Assembly (NCBI GenBank): GCA_027459485.1
Contig: DAIDIG010000001.1
Location: forward strand, 257,989 to 321,988
DNA from: Bdellovibrionales bacterium
Lineage (GTDB): Bacteria; Bdellovibrionota; Bdellovibrionia; Bdellovibrionales; UBA1609
DNA length: 64,000 nucleotides
Direction: 5' to 3'
Made by a program: the position numbers and the translations under genes. The notes below the pieces were generated by a model. That model did not search any database, was not told the DNA's origin, and saw nothing but the letters and a program-made list of their open reading frames with translations. Positions 1 to 11,307 of the stretch are shown here, piece after piece. Position 1 is the stretch's first letter, and each line of letters begins with the position of its first letter.

Positions 1-494
1 CGATTTGTATGAAGTGGCAAGCCCGAGCCATTGTGCTCTCGCTTGCCTCTATATTTTTAACCGAGTCACGTCATTGTTTCAATTCGAAACATGAAGATTA
101 GATTTTGTTGAGGGTCGCGAAAAATACGACCAAAGTAGAGTAAACAAAATTCGTATCACTCCGTTGCACTTCAATCGCAAGATAGCATTCAGTTTGAGCT
201 CGCCCGGATCTTCGTCGAGGCATTTGGTTCAAAATGATACGTTCGTTCTTTTTTTCTATTATTTGGTCCGATAGGCTGGGTTGATCAACTCCACAGATTT
301 GATAGAATTTTTGATGGAGCTATCAGAGCCATAAGGCGGCGTTCGCGTGTCAGGACGTCCAAAGAGTTGGAGCGCTGTAGTAATGGCCAAGTTGTTCCGA
401 TAAGTAGAAGGTTCGAAAAGTGAAACAGCGGGGGCTGCAGAAAGAAAAAATGCCCGCCGCAAAAACAAATAACAGTCCGTTAAAGGGGGAAGTA

Positions 495-1121
495 ATGAAA
501 CGTTTAAACAATGCCGGCTTTTCGCTGGTTGAATTGATGGTCGTCGTGGCCATCATCGGAATTCTCGCCGCAGTGGCGATCCCGAACTACACAAAGTTCC
601 AACGCCGCGCTCGCGCCGCGGAAGGTAAGGCGATGCTTTCTAGCCTATATGATGCTGAAAAATCGGCCTACGCTTCTTACGAAGGATATACTGTCAATTT
701 CGTACTTGCTGGGTTCACGCCAGAAGGCATGGCGCTTCGAACAAATGTAGGTTTCAGCTCGGGTACAGATGCTGCCGGGACCACAGACCCGAAATCAACG
801 GCTACAGGTGAAATTAACGCATTGGCCCTTACAAATGCTGAATCAACATGTAGCACGACCTGCTTTGATGCTACGAACTTTTGCACGAGCTATAAAGACG
901 GCGCAGGTAGAACTGGCACGACTTGCCATTACGACTCCGGAGCTCAGCCGGCTACGACTTTGCCGGCCGCCGTGGCGGGTACTGTGTCTAATACAACGAC
1001 AGGGGCCGAAACGTTTTCAGCCGGTAGTGACACGAATTGTGGCGGCACAAAAGATGATCAATGGAACATGCTACAGAATAAGAGTTTTACTCAAATACAA
1101 GATTGCTCGACCGGTACTTAA
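495..1121 (+). CDS. pilA: Type IV (T4a-like) major pilin, 208 aa
   Basis: ORF 420..1121 trimmed to the Met at 495, with a GGGGGA SD at 485-490. Prepilin motif MKRLNNAG|FSLVELMVVVAIIGILAAVAIPNY has Gly-1, Phe+1 and Glu+5. A hairpin terminator follows. Confidence 0.85.
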   Translation: MKRLNNAGFSLVELMVVVAIIGILAAVAIPNYTKFQRRARAAEGKAMLSSLYDAEKSAYASYEGYTVNFVLAGFTPEGMALRTNVGFSSGTDAAGTTDPKSTATGEINALALTNAESTCSTTCFDATNFCTSYKDGAGRTGTTCHYDSGAQPATTLPAAVAGTVSNTTTGAETFSAGSDTNCGGTKDDQWNMLQNKSFTQIQDCSTGT

Positions 1122-1142
1122 TATTTTAGTGTAATTTTTCGG

Positions 1143-1173
1143 GGTGGAGAGTTTTTCTCTCCACCTGTTTTTT
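1143..1173 (+). terminator. Rho-independent terminator after the pilin gene
   Basis: Stem GGTGGAGAG (1143-1151), loop TTTTT, stem CTCTCCACC (1157-1165), then TGTTTTTT. Confidence 0.8.
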
Positions 1174-1180
1174 GGCTTTT

Positions 1181-1939
1181 ATGACTAACAAAAAAATAAT
1201 TTTTACTTCACTTTTGTCCTTCGCCTTGATTTTGACGATATCGTATTTTCTTCCGGATAATCAAAAAAATCGAGATGTACTTTTCGCTTTTCCTGAGACA
1301 TCAAAATATTTTTCTTTAGGCTATTCCGACGTAATGGCTGATTCGGCATGGGTGAGAGTATTGCAAGACATTGAAAAATGCGAGCAGCATAACCATGCCA
1401 CGATACGAGTCGGACCAAATCGAATCGCGACGTGCAAAGACGGCTGGGTTTATCATATGGTTGATCTTGTAATGACCTTCGCGCCCAGGTGGAGGCTTCC
1501 TCAACGAGTTGGCCCCCTTGTTCTGAGTGTGATGGTCGACGATCGCGATGGTGCGACGAAACTCTTCGATAAAGCTGTCAAAAATTTCCCGACCGATTGG
1601 CCGATACTTGTCCGCGCTGGATACCATTATTTGTATGAAGACGGAGATTATGTTAAGGCTGCAAAAGTTTACCAAGCCGCCGGCAAGCAGCCGGGGGCGC
1701 CCGAGTGGTGCAAATATCTGGCGGGCAAATTGTTTGAAGAATCAGGCCGCCTTCGGGTGGCCAAACTCGTACTTGAGGATTTTTTAAAAAGACCAGATAC
1801 GAGTGCTATCGGGCTGAAGAAAGCTCGCGAACGACTCGCCCAGATCAACAAACGCCTGGCTGAACTTGATTCTAAACATGAGTTCGAAGAACCGGCGCCG
1901 AAAAATCCGATTGCGCCTTATAATGATCGCGAGAAATGA
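1181..1939 (+). CDS. Membrane-anchored hypothetical protein, possibly helical-repeat or TPR-like
   Basis: From ORF 1172..1939. ATG at 1181 is preferred because the TTG at 1172 lies in the upstream terminator T-tract. N-terminal TM helix IIFTSLLSFALILTISYFL. No family recognised. Confidence 0.6.
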   Translation: MTNKKIIFTSLLSFALILTISYFLPDNQKNRDVLFAFPETSKYFSLGYSDVMADSAWVRVLQDIEKCEQHNHATIRVGPNRIATCKDGWVYHMVDLVMTFAPRWRLPQRVGPLVLSVMVDDRDGATKLFDKAVKNFPTDWPILVRAGYHYLYEDGDYVKAAKVYQAAGKQPGAPEWCKYLAGKLFEESGRLRVAKLVLEDFLKRPDTSAIGLKKARERLAQINKRLAELDSKHEFEEPAPKNPIAPYNDREK

Positions 1940-1977
1940 CTCATCCAAGCGGTGGGCTCATATTTCTACAGCCATAC

Positions 1978-3151
<1,174 letters not shown>

Positions 3152-3169
3152 AAAAATATCAGATGCGGG

Positions 3170-3198
3170 CTTGACGAAAAGCGGCCCGACCCCAAGTT
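3170..3198 (+). promoter_or_regulatory. Sigma32-type heat-shock promoter candidate for dnaK
   Basis: GGGCTTGAC (CTTGAC at 3170-3175), a 14-nt spacer, then CCCCAAGTT (3190-3198). This fits the E. coli sigma32 consensus CTTGAA-N13-15-CCCCATNT well. AGGAG SD at 3211-3215. Confidence 0.5.
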
Positions 3199-3223
3199 CT
3201 TTATATCTGAAGGAGATTTTTAA

Positions 3224-5151
<1,928 letters not shown>

Positions 5152-5155
<4 letters not shown>

Positions 5156-5775
5156 AACGGGGTGAATTCGGCGCCGAAGACGATTGCGTTCGGCGCTTGG
5201 TTCACATCGAAATCGAGCTCCGCCATAAAATCGCAAACCTTAATGCGTGGGTCGTGATATTTCGCGCCCATCGTGATTTGAACCGGCACCAATGTGCTAT
5301 TGTTGTAGGTCGCGACGGCGATCGGTAGGGCGACATACGGCGTGACTACGGCGTGAAACGAGTCTGTATCAATATTGAACTTCTTGCTGGCAAGCGGGGT
5401 CACGCGCGCGGCGATTTCGCTCGCACCTTGGTAATGGGCGTATTGTGCTCCCATGAGAAAACCGACCGCCGGTTGATTTTGATAATCCGGAAAAGGCACC
5501 CATTTCAAGTATCCGCCAAGCACGGCATCGGTCGCACCCGTGCCGGCTTCGAATCGCAAATTCGACGAATCGTTTAGGCCTTTATCCACGTGGCCTAAAA
5601 CATTCACGCCGTCGACAGGGCCGTTGGTGATCCACTGCATAGACCCACCGAATGCCGTTTGGTTCGGAGCAAGTAAATCGCCGGTGTCTTGAACCGTGTA
5701 AAATGCGAATGCGGGAGCGGCGAAAGACAAAGCCGCCAAAAAAATCAACGTAAATAATAGGTTTTTGTTCGTCAT
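5152..5775 (-). CDS. Small outer-membrane beta-barrel-like protein (hypothetical)
   Basis: ORF 5152..5814 trimmed to MTNKNLL. Signal peptide [19 protein letters not shown]. Alternating strand-like pattern and a C-terminal ...GAEFTPF, where the terminal Phe is typical of OMPs. Confidence 0.6.
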
Positions 5776-5840
5776 TTTGACCCTCAGGTTTGACATTTGT
5801 TGTCGCGGCGGCAATTGTAAAAGTCAAGAGGCACTCATTC

Positions 5841-6644
5841 ATGAAACTGCCGATCTCATTGATTGTCATTACTTTAAATGAAGAAAAGAACATTGAGCGG
5901 TGTTTGCGTTCCGCCCCGTTTGCCTCAGACATTTTAGTTCTTGATAGCGGCAGCCAAGACCGCACGCTCGAGATAGCAAAACGTCTCGGCGCGCGCACGT
6001 TGCAGGAGCCCTGGCGCGGTTACGCCCGGCAGAAAATCCGTGCGACGGCTCTGGCGCGAAACGACTGGGTGCTTTCGCTCGATGCCGACGAAGCGCTGAG
6101 TGAAGCGGCAAAAACAGAGATCTTGTCATTGTTCAAAAATATCGAGCAAAACCCTGACGAGCTCAATAACGTCGACGCGTTTTCATTCCCGCGCCGGGCA
6201 AATTATCTCGGTCGCTGGATGCTCCACGGCGGGATGTACCCCGACCGCCAGACGCGCCTCTACAATCGTGCGCGGGCGCAATGGATCGAAAGTAGCGTTC
6301 ACGAAAAGATCGAGGCCAAACACGTTCGCGCTTTGCACGGCGACATCTTGCATTGGCCGTTTGCCACTTTGTCGGATCAAATCGAGACAATCGACCGGTA
6401 TTCCGGGTTGCGCGCGGGCGAATTGGCAAAATCGGGCGCAAAATATTCGCCGGTCAAACTGATACGAAAAACTATTGTTAAATTTTTTGAGGCGTACGTT
6501 TTGAAGCGCGGATTTCAGGACGGTCAAGAGGGCCTTATTGCGGCCATGGTGAGCGCATTTGCGACGTTCTTGCGCTGGGCGAAGCTGCGCGAATTGCAAA
6601 TCACCGGCAATAGCTCGTCATCTCAAAACGGCACTAAAGACTAG
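5841..6644 (+). CDS. Family 2 glycosyltransferase (WaaE/KdtX-like LPS core type)
   Basis: ORF 5790..6644 trimmed to MKLPISLIVITLNEE. GT-A motifs ISLIVITLNEEKNIERCL, VLDSGSQDRT and LSLDADE. Confidence 0.8.
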   Translation: MKLPISLIVITLNEEKNIERCLRSAPFASDILVLDSGSQDRTLEIAKRLGARTLQEPWRGYARQKIRATALARNDWVLSLDADEALSEAAKTEILSLFKNIEQNPDELNNVDAFSFPRRANYLGRWMLHGGMYPDRQTRLYNRARAQWIESSVHEKIEAKHVRALHGDILHWPFATLSDQIETIDRYSGLRAGELAKSGAKYSPVKLIRKTIVKFFEAYVLKRGFQDGQEGLIAAMVSAFATFLRWAKLRELQITGNSSSSQNGTKD

Positions 6645-6674
6645 ACCCGCAAATTCCGATAAACTTATAGACAA

Positions 6675-7937
6675 ATGAGCACGTTACAGTGGACTGTTAT
6701 TTTCGCTCTGCCCTTTCTGATTTTGCCGCTTACGAGTTTCGCCGCGGACGACTGCAATTGCCCGAAACTCAGTTGCAACCCGCAATGCCAATACCAATCG
6801 AACCTCACGTTTTATTCTCAACAGTGCGACAACGGCAATCGCGTCAAGAGTTGTTCGCGGCCGACCTGTTTGCCGCTGGCGGATGCGCCGGCTCAGTGCG
6901 CGGCTATCAATGCGTCGTTGTCAGGCGATTCAAAATCGTCTTCGGTCGCTTCAACGAATTTGGGAGTAAACGGCCAACCAACCTCAGGTGGGTCGGCGCG
7001 CGCTCCAGCCTCTGTGGCGCCGGCCTCTCCGCCGGCAGCGGTGGCCGCCGTGCCTCAGACTGAATCCATCGGCCGGGTTGGCTTTCTCGCTCCACCCGTG
7101 TGGCGAATCGTCGGGCAAGGGCAAAAAAGCGAACTCACAATGACAACACAGCTGAATGAAGGCGACGAAGTTGCGACCGGCAGTGGTGGGCGCGTGACGA
7201 TCGTGTTCAACAGCGGCAATCGCGTGAACTTGACGCCGAATTCCGAGATGAAAATTCGCGACGCGAGCGATTGTAAGCCGGACTTGAATAAAAAGCGCAT
7301 GGTGCTCGATCTGCTTAAAGGCGAAATTCGCAACGAAGTGAACCGAAAATACGACGGCAAGCACAGTTATTATCGAGTTTTCACCAAATCAGCGGTTGCC
7401 GGCGTTCGCGGCACAATTTTTGTCGTCTCGTCCAGCCGCGACGATTCGGGGCGTTCGGTTACGATGGTTGAGACGTTGCGCGGGCGAGTGCAACTTTCAG
7501 ATTTAGCGCGCCACCAAACTGATCTCATCGCGAAAAATCAGGCGGGAGCTTACATCGTCGCATCGTCCGGGCGAAGCGGCTTTATGACGTCCGTGCACGC
7601 GCTTTCGGCCGATGATATCGCGAAAATCAATTCACAAACCGAATTTATACGCGGCACAGACGAGGCAGCTAATCAAAACGCCGCACCATCAATCGTGATG
7701 GCTCAAAATCTCACGAGCGTTTGCCATTCGCCGAGCGCCGATTTTAATCAGTGCGCGTGGACGTGCGAGCACAACCCTTCAGGTGAGAAATCGTGCCGAG
7801 TCGATCTGCCGAATGTGCAGTGTGTGCGCCGAATCTGCGATGCCAACGGCGATTGGGTTTCACCCACGCGTCTACCGGCGTCTTACAGCAATGAATGCCG
7901 CGGCGACCATGCCGTTGTCGGCCGCTGCGATTATTAA
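6675..7937 (+). CDS. Secreted FecR-domain protein with Cys-rich N- and C-terminal modules
   Basis: Signal peptide VIFALPFLILPLTSFAADD. Central FecR-like segment LNEGDEVATGSGGRVTIVFNSGNRVNLTPNSEMKI...AVAGVRGTIFVV. About 9 Cys at each end. Confidence 0.65.
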   Translation: MSTLQWTVIFALPFLILPLTSFAADDCNCPKLSCNPQCQYQSNLTFYSQQCDNGNRVKSCSRPTCLPLADAPAQCAAINASLSGDSKSSSVASTNLGVNGQPTSGGSARAPASVAPASPPAAVAAVPQTESIGRVGFLAPPVWRIVGQGQKSELTMTTQLNEGDEVATGSGGRVTIVFNSGNRVNLTPNSEMKIRDASDCKPDLNKKRMVLDLLKGEIRNEVNRKYDGKHSYYRVFTKSAVAGVRGTIFVVSSSRDDSGRSVTMVETLRGRVQLSDLARHQTDLIAKNQAGAYIVASSGRSGFMTSVHALSADDIAKINSQTEFIRGTDEAANQNAAPSIVMAQNLTSVCHSPSADFNQCAWTCEHNPSGEKSCRVDLPNVQCVRRICDANGDWVSPTRLPASYSNECRGDHAVVGRCDY

Positions 7938-7958
7938 TGTGCGAATATTGGCGAAAAA

Positions 7959-9818
7959 TTAATTTAGAAACACGCCTTTATCGTTCTTAAACGGCAGCGA
8001 ACATTCGTTGAAGTCGAAATCTTTTTGGCAGCCGATGACCGCGCGGAGCGGGCCGGTGAACCATTCTTTCTCGCGCTGATCGCCTTGGGCATGGTCGTCG
8101 TAAACGTACGTATTCTCGAGAGTGCTCTCGAGCGGGTAGTGGGTGTCAAGCGAGGGCGGCATACATTGCCACGAGCTGCTCGCCAAAAACGTATTCAACC
8201 GATCGGCTTTGCTCGGGTAATGGCTCAAGAGATCGGCCATTGCGTAGCTGCCTAAGACATCGGCGAATCGTTCGTAGGGGGGTGACGAAAACCCTTCGAT
8301 TTCAAGTTCGTCACGGTCAGAGAATTGACCTTCGACTCTCAATGTCTTTTCAATCACTTGCTCGGACATATCGTTCGCCGTCGCCATGGCGGTTCGCAAT
8401 TTCTGTAAATGATCGCCGTCGTTGGTGCAGCGGTACTCGGCCGTGAAAAACATGAGTGTCGTGAGAGCATCGTCGATCGGCTCTTCGCCTTGGCTCCATA
8501 AATAATAACTGCACGGGTTCAAATAATTCGGGTTGATTTGCATTTTGCCCGTGCTGAGCGGGATTTCGGCCTTGGTGATTCGCAAAAATTCATCATCTGA
8601 GGCCAGGTCTGACATTCGATCGGCCATAATGCTTTTGGCAAATCGCGTATAATCGGCGTCGTTGAGAACATTTCGAGTTACTTGCCGTTGTAAGCATTTC
8701 TGAAAATCGGGGAGCTCCGGCTTAAACGTGTCGAGTGAAGCGAGCGAATCGTTGAATTTCTGTTTGAAATGTTGCCATTGGTCGCACGAGAAGGCCCGCG
8801 GCTCGCACACGTTTTGCCGAAGTGCGGATAACCGATGGCCCATTCTCGAATTCTTCTCGAACAGGTACTGGCTTCGATTGATGGCGAGCACGTGACCCAT
8901 TTCGTGGGCCAGGGTCTCCATAATATTCTCGCTGTTGAAATCACCCGCGCAAACGGTGATCACGTTCAAGTGATAGTAGTAGTAGGCGTTGATCGTGGTC
9001 GTGGAGCACTCTTCGTCCGAGATCTCGGGCATCGACCCCGGCAGCACGAGACGCACGGATTGAATGCGCTGAATCCAATCGTTACGAATCGAATCGGGGA
9101 TGTCGAGAATTGAAATCACGTGCACAAAACTTTTTTGAAGTTGCTGAAAAAGATCGACGACTTTTTGCCAGTTGGCGTCGTCCTTCCAAATTGCCTGCGA
9201 GATTTGTGAGATCAAAATTCGATGCATTTTTCGTCGTGCGACATCGAGTTCAATCGGCATAAGTTTTTCTGGGATTTTATAATACCCGGGGAATTTTCTG
9301 TTCATGCGATCGATGATGGTTTCGTCGATGGCGGCTTGCCAAATCGAACCGAGTTCGTAATCGAGTTGCTCGTCGCTCAGTCTCTGTTGAATGGTCATTT
9401 CGAGGCGCGGCCTGCGACTCAGTAGTCTTTCGAGCTTACCGAAATAGTTTTGCCGCATGAGAATACGGTAAAAGTCCTGCGGTAATTCACGCCGGTGCCG
9501 GATTTTTGCGATCGAATACGAATAAAACACTTGTGAAAACCCATTGCGGGTGTCGCCTTGTAGAATCTGAATCGACTGGTGCTGGCGTTTGATCATCAAG
9601 TTGCCGAGAGCTCCGGGGGAATACAGGTAATTGCAATAAGCATCGAGTGTCGCTTTACAATAAGGGTGGTCCTTTATGGTGAGTAGATGATCGGAACTGA
9701 AATTTTCAAGTGGGGTCGCGGCCGGTTGCCAAGTATCCACTGATTCGAAAAACGAACAAGCCGTCAAACATCCTAGGCAGGCACTGAGGCAGATGATGAG
9801 TTGAAAAGTACTACGCAT
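7959..9818 (-). CDS. Lipoprotein zinc metalloprotease (HExxH), family unassigned
   Basis: ORF 7959..10025 trimmed to MRSTFQLIICLSACLGCLTAC, which has a lipobox LTAC. HEMGH lies within TLAHEMGHVLAINRSQ. The upstream part of the ORF overlaps a better small membrane ORF. Confidence 0.7.
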   Translation of the reverse strand: MRSTFQLIICLSACLGCLTACSFFESVDTWQPAATPLENFSSDHLLTIKDHPYCKATLDAYCNYLYSPGALGNLMIKRQHQSIQILQGDTRNGFSQVFYSYSIAKIRHRRELPQDFYRILMRQNYFGKLERLLSRRPRLEMTIQQRLSDEQLDYELGSIWQAAIDETIIDRMNRKFPGYYKIPEKLMPIELDVARRKMHRILISQISQAIWKDDANWQKVVDLFQQLQKSFVHVISILDIPDSIRNDWIQRIQSVRLVLPGSMPEISDEECSTTTINAYYYYHLNVITVCAGDFNSENIMETLAHEMGHVLAINRSQYLFEKNSRMGHRLSALRQNVCEPRAFSCDQWQHFKQKFNDSLASLDTFKPELPDFQKCLQRQVTRNVLNDADYTRFAKSIMADRMSDLASDDEFLRITKAEIPLSTGKMQINPNYLNPCSYYLWSQGEEPIDDALTTLMFFTAEYRCTNDGDHLQKLRTAMATANDMSEQVIEKTLRVEGQFSDRDELEIEGFSSPPYERFADVLGSYAMADLLSHYPSKADRLNTFLASSSWQCMPPSLDTHYPLESTLENTYVYDDHAQGDQREKEWFTGPLRAVIGCQKDFDFNECSLPFKNDKGVFLN

Positions 9819-9828
9819 TATTAACACC

Positions 9829-10071
9829 TTACCGAAAATACCAGGCGGTCGCGCAGAGCGCGAGGCCAATTCCCCACGTCGCGAAATTGCTTCTAACAAA
9901 GTAAGGATAAACCATAAGCCCGATCCCGATAAACAGATGTGTAAAATGGGCATTTCGCTTGCCGGCGCGAAATACGTAGAGACCGATGACGCCGAAAATG
10001 AGGCCGGCGATAATTTGCGAAACACTTATGTCGAGGTTCAACCCGCTCAGTGGGCTTGCCATTTCTGCCAT
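9829..10071 (-). CDS. Small integral membrane protein (about 77-80 aa)
   Basis: Three hydrophobic helices (IIAGLIFGVIGLYVF, LFIGIGLMVYPYFV, WGIGLALCATAWYF). It sits between two co-directional genes and overlaps the upstream stop. Confidence 0.5.
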   Translation of the reverse strand: MAEMASPLSGLNLDISVSQIIAGLIFGVIGLYVFRAGKRNAHFTHLFIGIGLMVYPYFVRSNFATWGIGLALCATAWYFR

Positions 10072-11174
10072 TCGCCGATTTTGGCGCTTATTTGATCCGA
10101 ATTATCGTTTGAGTAAATAACCGGACCTTTGGGGTTTCGAATTCGCAATGCCTCGGTCACGGCATTTAAAAATTCAGGGTCTTCACTTGGGCTAAGGGCC
10201 TGGATGAGAACTCGCATATTAGCCATCGACGGGCTTTCACGCAAACGTGCGACGATATCCTCGCGGAGCTCCAGTGGCTCTTCGCGATTGTCTAGTATTT
10301 TACCGAGTAGAGGTCGGGCAGAAGCCAACGCATCGGCGGTTAAGCTATTGAGAGCGGCAATTCGAGCGACAGGGCTCGACTTATCGTCTTGCACAATCTT
10401 TAAACTTGATTCGTAGGGGCTGGCCCATCGCGCGGCACTCATGCTCTGACCAAAAACTCCGAAGTCACCGGAGGCGATCAGCCAAGCTGAACCCGGCATT
10501 CGTAAAGCCCATGTCTTGTCACCAACTTTTTCAAATACATAAGCGTGTCCGTTCGTTTGTATGATAAATTTTGTCTCGGGTCTTGCCGCACCCGGCAGCA
10601 CGCGAAAATCGACCGAAAAATCATGAAGAGCATTAATGAAATTAGAGAAATAATCCCAGTTGACGTTCACGGTACCCGCCTTGGTGCGCCAATGGCCATC
10701 TTTTTTAACAAAAGATTCAAGACTCTTGCCCTGCGCGCGCACGGTCAACGTGTCGCCGATCGCGACGGATTTGCGTTCGTGGGAATTTGTAAACCACTTA
10801 CGATGGAGCGGCAGCAAATAAAACTCCTGGCCAATCACCGGAGCGCAATGTTTACCGTCCGACACTAGCCGCGACTTAAAATAGACAAGGCGTTTTGTGG
10901 TAAACGGAGCCGCAGCTCTTTTGTCGGCTTGCCGAATAATAGTCAGGTCGGGTTTCTTGCGCAGCGTAGCCGCGCTGCAATCATCGAGCAGTTCGGTATT
11001 AAATAGAGGTTCGATATATACGAACGGCTTAGCTGAAACACGCTGGCCGTTGAATAAAGCTCGGCCTTGGGTCACATCGACACTAAAACGGTCGTATCGT
11101 GACATAAAGTCATACTGCATGGCACTCGCAGTCACTGATATGAGACCGATGAACAAAATAAGTGCGTATCTCAT
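10047..11174 (-). CDS. Secreted hypothetical protein with HEAT-like C-terminus
   Basis: ORF 10047..11210 trimmed to MRYALILFIGLISVTASAMQ (signal peptide). The C-terminal helical repeats (VARIAALNSL..., MRVLIQALSPSEDPEFLNAVTEAL) look HEAT/PBS-lyase-like. Confidence 0.6.
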   Translation of the reverse strand: MRYALILFIGLISVTASAMQYDFMSRYDRFSVDVTQGRALFNGQRVSAKPFVYIEPLFNTELLDDCSAATLRKKPDLTIIRQADKRAAAPFTTKRLVYFKSRLVSDGKHCAPVIGQEFYLLPLHRKWFTNSHERKSVAIGDTLTVRAQGKSLESFVKKDGHWRTKAGTVNVNWDYFSNFINALHDFSVDFRVLPGAARPETKFIIQTNGHAYVFEKVGDKTWALRMPGSAWLIASGDFGVFGQSMSAARWASPYESSLKIVQDDKSSPVARIAALNSLTADALASARPLLGKILDNREEPLELREDIVARLRESPSMANMRVLIQALSPSEDPEFLNAVTEALRIRNPKGPVIYSNDNSDQISAKIGEWQKWQAH

Positions 11175-11307
11175 GTCACAATTGTGGCACAACTCTCGCG
11201 CTGTCGGCAAAACTTTTGTCTGTACGCCGCGTTGCTTGGGCGCACCTATCGGCGTAAGCTATGGGCGTGTTCGTGACGAGCACGCCCGCCTATCGGAGGT
11301 TTCCACC

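Noticed and set aside
384-399. Sigma54-like element TGGCCAAGTTGTTCC upstream of the pilin gene
   Set aside because: The GG-N10-GC rule is not met, because CC occupies the -12 position. It is also about 95 nt from the start with no supporting enhancer-like repeats, so it is too weak to call.
411-418. GGTTCGAA tRNA T-loop-like motif
   Set aside because: The flanking bases (AGAAG / AAGTG) cannot form a T-stem, and no acceptor or anticodon arms are apparent, so it is not a tRNA.
1-419. Possible partial gene or ncRNA at the left edge
   Set aside because: All frames contain frequent stops, and only short peptides (30 aa or less) can be read. No convincing hairpin-plus-T-tract or conserved RNA motif was seen, so the region is left unannotated.
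9819-10025. N-terminal 69 aa extension of the metalloprotease ORF
   Set aside because: A lipoprotein signal peptide starts at the internal Met (9818). The extension overlaps, in another frame, a more plausible 3-TM small protein ORF.
10897-11307. Long N-terminal extension of the fadE ORF (969 aa as listed)
   Set aside because: The extension lies antisense to the well-supported secreted-protein gene at 10047..11174 and has an Arg/Ser-rich junk-like composition. Homology to FadE begins at the Met at 11308, which has a GGAGG SD.
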